A stretch of DNA of 9,726 nucleotides from an uncultured archaeon (GTDB lineage Archaea; Asgardarchaeota; Lokiarchaeia; Sigyniarchaeales; Promethearchaeaceae). Numbering within the stretch: position 1 is the stretch's first letter; each line of letters starts with the position of its first letter. The notes under the pieces were generated by a model. The model was not told the DNA's origin. It made no database searches and saw only the letters and a program-made list of their open reading frames with translations. The DNA is taken from the NCBI GenBank assembly GCA_964426185.1, contig CAYRPF010000094.1:1-9726 (forward strand), in the 5' to 3' direction. The translations under genes and the position numbers were made by a program. Of the stretch, positions 1-5,900 are shown piece by piece.

Positions 1-2
1 AT

Positions 3-143
3 ATCGAGGTATATGTGCGGATTTATGACGAAGAAACCATTCCATTCTTTGATAAATATCATGTGAAAACCTTTTCAACTTCCTCAAATGCATTTAAAAA
101 ATTGAGATCCAAGGTGGCTGAGAATTCTGCCATCCGTGAATGA
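3..143 (+). CDS. 3' end of a gene entering from the left edge (partial); possibly the C-terminus of an RCK/TrkA-N-type NAD-binding domain protein
   Basis: Frame 3 is open from the edge to TGA at 141-143 (IEVYVRIYDEETIPFFDKYHVKTFSTSSNAFKKLRSKVAENSAIRE*) and converges on the HAD gene stop 4 nt away. The VYVRIYD...TFSTS pattern loosely resembles the end of RCK domains; the product call is weak. Confidence 0.5.
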   Translation: MEVYVRIYDEETIPFFDKYHVKTFSTSSNAFKKLRSKVAENSAIRE

Positions 144-147
144 TTGA

Positions 148-834
148 TCATCTGAACAAGAGATCCAAAGGGATTTCTTCAAATTTTTTTACCACCAAAT
201 CTGCTTGATTAAGTTTTTTAGCTGGGAAAGATGTAGTTATAGCAACCGTGAAGGCTCCACTCGCTTTACCAGCAGACACCCCCGTTACCGAATCTTCAAT
301 GACTATGCATTCGTTGATGGGTATCTTAAGTCTTTCTGCTGCCAGAAGGAATATTTCTGGATGAGGTTTTCCATTTTTGATGCCATCGGCACTGATGATT
401 TGGGAGAAATAATCGGATAAACCAGTTTCCTTTAAATTAAATTGAATTTTTGCCAGAATTCCCGAGGAAGCTACGATAATGGGGATATTATGTTGAATCA
501 GCTTGGTAATAAATTCCTTTACTCCGGGAGTGGGTTTTAATTTCCCATGTGCGCTTTCTTGGTAGATTCTTTCTTTCATGGCGGCGATTTTGGGTAAAAT
601 ATCTGGGGTATATTCCAGTGAGTGCAATTTAAAGAATGATTCGACTACTTCCTTGGTTGTTTTTCCTAGAATATGACTGTAGTCAGTTCCAATGTCGATG
701 TTATATTCCCTTTCAAACAAAATATTCCATGCACCACAGCTTAATGCCTCTGAATCCACCAACACGCCGTCGCAGTCGAAAATGACCCCTTTATACCGTT
801 GAGGATGAGTTCTTAAAATTTTTTCGTTAATCAA
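148..834 (-). CDS. HAD-superfamily phosphatase, subfamily IA (beta-phosphoglucomutase/CbbY/YqaB-like)
   Basis: Motif I FDCDGVLVDS (DxD), motif II ASS, motif III KPHP, motif IV EDSVTG; 228 aa; TTG start 7 nt after the stop of the upstream methyltransferase. Confidence 0.93.
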   Translation of the reverse strand: MINEKILRTHPQRYKGVIFDCDGVLVDSEALSCGAWNILFEREYNIDIGTDYSHILGKTTKEVVESFFKLHSLEYTPDILPKIAAMKERIYQESAHGKLKPTPGVKEFITKLIQHNIPIIVASSGILAKIQFNLKETGLSDYFSQIISADGIKNGKPHPEIFLLAAERLKIPINECIVIEDSVTGVSAGKASGAFTVAITTSFPAKKLNQADLVVKKFEEIPLDLLFR

Positions 835-841
835 ATCAGAA

Positions 842-1912
842 TCACAACTTTGAAAAGTTATTACGGGGTTTTAAAATTTGTTTCCATACTCGAATTTGGT
901 ATTTTTCATTCCAAGAATTTTGAATAAGTGTTTGTTTCAACCTGATCAGAGTTAAATCTGAGAGAACCAGTTTGGAAATTTCAGGGTATTCAGCGCGAGG
1001 GCTTCTAAAAAAATCCACCAAGGGGAAGGGGTATTGAATTCCCGATACTGATACTTGGTGCTGTTTTTTCAAATTATGATGCATGCTCGAAATCAAAAGT
1101 GAACTTGTTCCGCTGAAAAGGTCTAAAACCCGCGCGTTAGGCACGAAAGTCCATTTTTCTAAAAGAAAACCGAGTAAATCTAACGGTTTGGGATTCAAGA
1201 AACGTATCCAATCCGCTTTATGAAGATCCGATTTAATTTTTTCACTAATTATGCCAAGTGTGTTAAATAACTCCTCCCGGGCTTTAATTGAACTATCAAA
1301 ACTATCCAAAATGGAACCACTTTGTTTAAACAATGCATGAGTTTTAGACTCTTTTATCACTTTTTTTAGAGATTTCAAGTTTTTGGCATAAATTAAAATA
1401 TATGTATGACTGTGAGTAAAAATTGCATTATCTTTAACACCTTCAAACGATTTCCAGATATAAGTGCCGATAAAATTATTCTCTCCAAGTATTAAATCTA
1501 ACATTAATCGTAGATAGGGGTGTTCTTTGTCATCACAGCAAAGCAGGATCACCCCGCGTTCTGGATTGAGGAGTTTAGAGCTGAAAAACAAGCGATTATA
1601 CATCATTTTTAGCCATTGCAAATGGGTACAACCGTTATACCAAATGGAAGATTTAGAAGAAGGATAGTCGTTAATTATTGCGTCTTTTCGGCTGTTATAG
1701 GGGGGATCAATGAATATTAAATCATACGGTTCAAGATTATCTTTTTTTAATAGAAATCGCAGAACTTCTAAATTATCCCCAATAAATAGGGAAAAATCTG
1801 GAGATCCCATCCCAATATTTAAATCAGGCCGGGGAGCAAAGGAAAATCTAGATTGGTTGAATAAATGCTGCTTAATTTGGGGGAGCTCTGCTAAAAATTT
1901 CGACCATATCAA
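842..1912 (-). CDS. Beta-class N6-adenine/N4-cytosine DNA methyltransferase, Type III Mod-like, short (no TRD)
   Basis: GDNLEVL, IFIDPPYN (motif IV, DPPY at aa 69-72), HxxWLxMMxxRL, DDxE...LMLD..LGENNF, HTYILIYAK, PKP (aa 241-243), VLDLFSGTS (motif I-like, aa 262-270). Motif IV precedes motif I, the beta order. TTG start. Confidence 0.88.
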   Translation of the reverse strand: MIWSKFLAELPQIKQHLFNQSRFSFAPRPDLNIGMGSPDFSLFIGDNLEVLRFLLKKDNLEPYDLIFIDPPYNSRKDAIINDYPSSKSSIWYNGCTHLQWLKMMYNRLFFSSKLLNPERGVILLCCDDKEHPYLRLMLDLILGENNFIGTYIWKSFEGVKDNAIFTHSHTYILIYAKNLKSLKKVIKESKTHALFKQSGSILDSFDSSIKAREELFNTLGIISEKIKSDLHKADWIRFLNPKPLDLLGFLLEKWTFVPNARVLDLFSGTSSLLISSMHHNLKKQHQVSVSGIQYPFPLVDFFRSPRAEYPEISKLVLSDLTLIRLKQTLIQNSWNEKYQIRVWKQILKPRNNFSKL

Positions 1913-2041
1913 TTAAATTCAAATGATATAATTACTCCGATTTTTAAAATGTATGTAGAATTTTCTGAAGATCAATTTCCCGAATTTGTTGATTATATTT
2001 GAGAATTTTCAAAAAGAAGTAATTATTATTTTAATTGAATT
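1913..2041. promoter_or_regulatory. Divergent promoter region with a mirrored AGTAATTAT element 24 nt upstream of both start codons
   Basis: AGTAATTAT at 2018-2026 (+) and its reverse complement at 1928-1936. Each lies at -24..-16 from its start codon (ATG 2042; TTG 1912). Confidence 0.45.
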
Positions 2042-3268
2042 ATGGTAAAGGAATTATTCTACGAAGATACCTATTTACGGGAACATAAGGCAAAAATAAC
2101 CGCTTGTGAGAAAATAGCTGATAAATATGGGGTTTCACTGGATGAAACAATTTTTTACCCTGAGGGAGGGGGTGAACCAGGCGATCGTGGATGGTTTGAT
2201 AAAATCGAAGTTGTTGATACTATTAAAAAAGAAGGCGAAATTTATCATCTCACAAAAAAACCCTTAAATCCAGGAGATTCAGTTAGTATCAAATTGGATT
2301 GGGCTTTTCGCTACGATTTAATGCAATTTCACACCTCCCAACACCTACTATCCAGTGTAATTTACGATTTATACAAAGGGAACACACTATCCGTTCACGT
2401 AGGCACCAAAAATGCTCATATAGATGTGGATCTACCTTCTTTGAATTGGGAAATGGTTCGTGAGATTGAATTGAAGGCAAATACATTAATTTATCAGAAT
2501 TTATCCGTAAAAACATACTGGATTAAGGATCAAAAAGAACTGGACAAGATTCCATTTCGCAGGGCGGTAAAAAAAAAGGCGGAAAAAGGTGTCCGTGTAG
2601 TTGAAATCGAGGGATTTGATTATTCTGCTTGTGGGGGTATGCATTTAAAAAAATTGGGTGAGATTGGTATCCTGAAGATCGTAAAGTGGACCAATATTAA
2701 AGAAGGAACCCAGATCGAATTTCTCTTCGGAAAAAGGGCATTATTGGATTATGAACAGAAAACCGAAATCCTTCAAAGATTAACCAATGCCCTTACCTGC
2801 CATGATCTTGAACTAGAAGCTAAGGTGTTAGCTTTCAAGCAAAACAATCAAAAAATGGAAAAGCAGATAAAAATGCTGAATGCCGAGTTAATGGAGTATA
2901 AAATTCCTAAAATTCTTGAAAATGCCACAATCATAGATGGTGTAAGGATTATTACTGATAATTTTGAAGATAAAGACCCTAAAGACATGAAATTAATACT
3001 TAATAAATTCATGGATATTCCTAATATAATCTGTCTTTTCACTGATTTTTTTCCCGATTCGAGTAAAATTTTGGTGTTTTTCGCCCATTCTCTTGAAAAA
3101 GGGAAAGATAAACTTCATATGGGCAATGTTTTAAAAAAAGTTCTTCCTCTAATCAATGGAAAAGGTGGCGGAAAACCACAATATGCACAAGGTGGAGGAA
3201 AAGGGAAAATTCCCGATAATTTCCTCCCCGAAGCAGTTAAAATAGTAATTGATGAATTAAAGAAATGA
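2042..3268 (+). CDS. alaX: Free-standing alanyl-tRNA editing protein, large form (AlaX-L/AlaXp with C-Ala/DHHA1 domain)
   Basis: N-terminal LFYED and FYPEGGGEPGDRG; Zn-binding HTSQH (HxxxH) and CGGMH (CxxxH); coiled segment; C-terminal GKGGGKPQYAQGGG (DHHA1). No aminoacylation domain; 408 aa. Confidence 0.92.
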   Translation: MVKELFYEDTYLREHKAKITACEKIADKYGVSLDETIFYPEGGGEPGDRGWFDKIEVVDTIKKEGEIYHLTKKPLNPGDSVSIKLDWAFRYDLMQFHTSQHLLSSVIYDLYKGNTLSVHVGTKNAHIDVDLPSLNWEMVREIELKANTLIYQNLSVKTYWIKDQKELDKIPFRRAVKKKAEKGVRVVEIEGFDYSACGGMHLKKLGEIGILKIVKWTNIKEGTQIEFLFGKRALLDYEQKTEILQRLTNALTCHDLELEAKVLAFKQNNQKMEKQIKMLNAELMEYKIPKILENATIIDGVRIITDNFEDKDPKDMKLILNKFMDIPNIICLFTDFFPDSSKILVFFAHSLEKGKDKLHMGNVLKKVLPLINGKGGGKPQYAQGGGKGKIPDNFLPEAVKIVIDELKK

Positions 3269-3302
3269 AACATTGTAATTTTTTCGTTTCATGTAATTTT
3301 TT
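3265..3302 (+). terminator. Putative alaX terminator: short inverted repeat plus duplicated T-tract
   Basis: ATGAAAC (3265-3271) pairs with GTTTCAT (3286-3292). TGTAATTTTTT occurs twice (3274-3284, 3292-3302). Lies between convergent genes. Confidence 0.45.
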
Positions 3303-3330
3303 ACTTATAGTTATATTTGAAAACTTCACC

Positions 3331-3353
3331 AGAGCAAAAGAGAGCAAAAAAAA
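3331..3353 (-). terminator. Putative oligo-T terminator for the FHA-M50 gene
   Basis: The minus strand reads TTTTTTTTGCTCTCTTTTGCTCT immediately after the TAA stop (AGAGCAAAA twice on +, 3331-3339 and 3341-3349). Confidence 0.45.
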
Positions 3354-4748
3354 TTAACTAACCTCTGGAGAACCCGTAAGAACGAAAACACCGGCATATC
3401 CTATAAGAAATGCAGCGAGCATCGTAAAATACAACTTTTTGCGCCAACCTAATATATATTTTCCGTCCATTGCAAAACCATGGAATTCTTTAGGTATAAG
3501 GTTAAATCCACCCAACATAAAATTAATTCCCGCGCTCTGCAAAAAGGTTGTTTTCAATAGTGGGCTGGTTTGGGGGATAACAACTGCAATAATAAAGGTA
3601 ATTAGCCCTATTATTAGATTAACTGCAGGACCGGCCATTTTAATTGCTCCCATTTTGTCTTTATCATGCTGAGGATCTACGCCTACAGAGACAGCAGCTC
3701 CTGGTAAACCAATAGGAATTCCTATAAGTGCAGCTAATACCGTTAACTTAATTCCCCTCTTTACCAGCAGAAATTTGGAAGGGTATTGGAAATATTTGCC
3801 TGTGTAAAGATGCCCCAACTCATGGCAGATAAAGGTAATGCAGAATACCAAAGCGGTAGGAAGTGGTGTGATTAAAACGTCCCTCCATGGTAAGCCCACC
3901 CCATATTGAAAATATGTAATGAGGGAAAAAATACCGAGAAAATTCACGTAGGTATGGTAAATCATTACGAAGAGTAATCCGAATGCGATGAGAATATGCC
4001 AAATTTCTTTCATTTCCAACTTATACACTATAGAAAAATCTAATCCGAGGTCCTGCGCAACCTTGGGATCAAAACAATTCTTAGGTATGGGTACTTTCTC
4101 TTGCACTACAATGAAACTGGTGGAAGTATCGGTAAAATCATAACCCATCGATTGTATTTCTGAATCCGGCCCGACCGTGGGAGTAAAGGTGGGATCAAAG
4201 TATTCGCCCCCAGATGGTGATATATTGACTTCTTGTTTGGCTTTGGCGCGTTTTTGGTGTTTCGGAGGTTCTGATTTATTATCAAAGAGAAATGGCTGTT
4301 CCACCCCCTCTTCTGGGGAAATAGTTAGGTTTTTATCTTGGATTTGTTGAGGGGTTTTTTCTTCTTTTTGAAATATAATTTCTAATTGGACTAATTTTCC
4401 TTTTCTTTCAAGCGGAACGATGATTTTATCCCCTGGATTTAATAATTGTATTCCTGTCTGCTTCAAATTTAAATTTCCAAGGTACGTTCCATTTGATGAA
4501 TTGCGATCTTCGATATAATATTGTTTTTTTGTGGAATTATATTGAATACTGAACTGTTCTTTGATAATTTCACCTTGATTATCGGTCCGGACTGAAGATA
4601 ACGTGGAAAATTCTTGGGGTTTAATTGGTACAGTAGCACAATTGATTATTTCACGTTTACCAATGTGATTTATTCCTACTGGAGATAAAAGTATTTTCCC
4701 CTTGATTTCGGGGATTGACAAATATGCACTTTTCATTAACAAATACAA
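3354..4748 (-). CDS. FHA domain fused through a long polar linker to a site-2 (M50) intramembrane zinc metalloprotease
   Basis: N-terminal FHA-like pattern IGK...YYIEDRNSSNGTYL...LNPGDKI (aa ~28-109); linker aa ~128-240; membrane domain with HELGH (aa 309-313), AGPAVN (372-377) and FNLIP...MDG (415-429). The real start may be ATG at 4736 rather than TTG at 4748. Confidence 0.88.
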   Translation of the reverse strand: MYLLMKSAYLSIPEIKGKILLSPVGINHIGKREIINCATVPIKPQEFSTLSSVRTDNQGEIIKEQFSIQYNSTKKQYYIEDRNSSNGTYLGNLNLKQTGIQLLNPGDKIIVPLERKGKLVQLEIIFQKEEKTPQQIQDKNLTISPEEGVEQPFLFDNKSEPPKHQKRAKAKQEVNISPSGGEYFDPTFTPTVGPDSEIQSMGYDFTDTSTSFIVVQEKVPIPKNCFDPKVAQDLGLDFSIVYKLEMKEIWHILIAFGLLFVMIYHTYVNFLGIFSLITYFQYGVGLPWRDVLITPLPTALVFCITFICHELGHLYTGKYFQYPSKFLLVKRGIKLTVLAALIGIPIGLPGAAVSVGVDPQHDKDKMGAIKMAGPAVNLIIGLITFIIAVVIPQTSPLLKTTFLQSAGINFMLGGFNLIPKEFHGFAMDGKYILGWRKKLYFTMLAAFLIGYAGVFVLTGSPEVS

Positions 4749-4802
4749 TGAGGGTAAATCGTAAAAAAGTTAACTTTTATGAAAAAATTGATACCCATCA
4801 TT
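4747..4802. repeat. Nested inverted repeat with a perfect 14-bp palindrome core
   Basis: AAAAGTTAACTTTT (4765-4778) is a perfect palindrome. It is flanked by AATGAGGGTA (4747-4756) and TACCCATCATT (4792-4802), which pair with a single bulge. Confidence 0.6.
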
Positions 4803-4808
4803 TATTAA

Positions 4809-5825
4809 TTAAATAAAACGAGAAATTGCATTGCGTCTTCCAAATTTTTTAAAGAAAAAGTATCCACCAGCCAGAGCGCATATTTGAGCAAATGATTCAA
4901 CTGCTGATTGAGAAAAGCCGGGATTGAAGATTCCTAAAACGATAAAAACCAAATCCATTAAAATAAGAAAGTAGAGTATGTATTTTCCCTTCATTTTAAT
5001 CGGAATAAAATATAAATACATTCTCATTTCTCGATTCAAGCCCACCATATATAGTATATAGCTGATCATTCCCAACAAAGCAGCCCATTGAACGGAAAAA
5101 AGACTCAATTGAAATCCAAGAGCATTAGCTTGTGGTAAAATGGGTAAAAAGGAGAAAATTGCCTGGAAAAATAAACCCCCAACAATTCCGAATAATCCGC
5201 ATCCTATATATAGATAGAGAATAAATCGGGTTCCAAATTGATTTTCCAACATTCTCCCTGTCCCGTAAAGGATTATCATAGTAAATATTAAGGAAAAAAC
5301 GTTTGTGGTCGTAAACATTGAAGTAAAGAGAGTCCAAATCCAAAAATTTCCAAATAAGGTTGAGACATTTAGAAATAAAACAGCTGACGAAACTCTAAAC
5401 AATCCTAAGATTAGTCCAGCTAATGAAAATAATCCATTTAAACCCATCAACCAATAGGTTCCTTTAGAACGGTGTGAACCGCCAAATAGAGATGAAGAAA
5501 AGCTTCGAATTCTGCTAGAATCTCTATTCGGAGGAGGAGGCATAGAGCTCCGCTCTTGATTGCGAATATAATCCCGCATTTCTCTATCCAATTGGCTTTC
5601 ATCATTTGAATAATTTGTATCAGAAGATGATGTTGTTTCTTCGTAATGAGAAGATTGAGAAATATCAATATTTTGAGAAAAAGAAGATTTTTTTTCCATT
5701 GTAAAAGGGCAATTGTGATTTTCAGGAAGTCTATGCTTCTTACAGAATGTTCCGCCACAGTAACGACATTTAAATGGCAAATATTCTATTACTTCATCAC
5801 AATCGGGAACGTCACACTTAACCAT
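4809..5825 (-). CDS. AN1-type zinc finger fused to a rhomboid-fold membrane domain; predicted catalytically inactive pseudoprotease
   Basis: C4-x4-C9-x10-C20-x2-C23-x4-C28-x2-H31-x5-H37-x-C39 matches AN1. A Ser/Pro-rich linker is followed by about 6 TM helices with rhomboid landmarks WTLFTSMF, LYGTGRMLENQFG, YIGCGLFG and YFIPIKMKGKY. GxSG is replaced by VQWA and AHxxG by AQICA. Confidence 0.85.
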   Translation of the reverse strand: MVKCDVPDCDEVIEYLPFKCRYCGGTFCKKHRLPENHNCPFTMEKKSSFSQNIDISQSSHYEETTSSSDTNYSNDESQLDREMRDYIRNQERSSMPPPPNRDSSRIRSFSSSLFGGSHRSKGTYWLMGLNGLFSLAGLILGLFRVSSAVLFLNVSTLFGNFWIWTLFTSMFTTTNVFSLIFTMIILYGTGRMLENQFGTRFILYLYIGCGLFGIVGGLFFQAIFSFLPILPQANALGFQLSLFSVQWAALLGMISYILYMVGLNREMRMYLYFIPIKMKGKYILYFLILMDLVFIVLGIFNPGFSQSAVESFAQICALAGGYFFFKKFGRRNAISRFI

Positions 5826-5900
5826 TTCAAAAGTATATAATAAACCATCTTCTTTATTTGTATGTATTTAAAAAAATATGAAAATGACATTTACCACTTA

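Noticed and set aside
205-420. 71-aa + strand ORF
   Set aside because: Antisense shadow inside the well-supported HAD gene; no motifs.
1710-1916. 68-aa + strand ORF
   Set aside because: Antisense to the Mod-like methyltransferase motif IV region; no motifs.
2289-3042. Two short - strand ORFs (2289-2516, 2848-3042)
   Set aside because: Antisense shadows within alaX.
3439-4002. Short ORFs 3439-3672 (+) and 3820-4002 (-)
   Set aside because: Antisense or alternate-frame overlaps of the M50 domain; no independent support.
4812-4853. C-terminal KKFGRRNAISRFI as a possible p97/Cdc48-binding VBM/VIM motif
   Set aside because: Only a loose resemblance, equally explained by the positive-inside rule after the last TM helix. 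No SHP box was found either.
5125-5840. ORFs 5125-5343 (-), 5447-5758 (-) and 5646-5840 (+), considered as possible frameshifted pieces carrying the missing rhomboid catalytic residues
   Set aside because: None contains GxSG or AHxxG or overlaps the catalytic codons, and the main frame has continuous rhomboid landmarks, so dyad loss is not explained by a frameshift.
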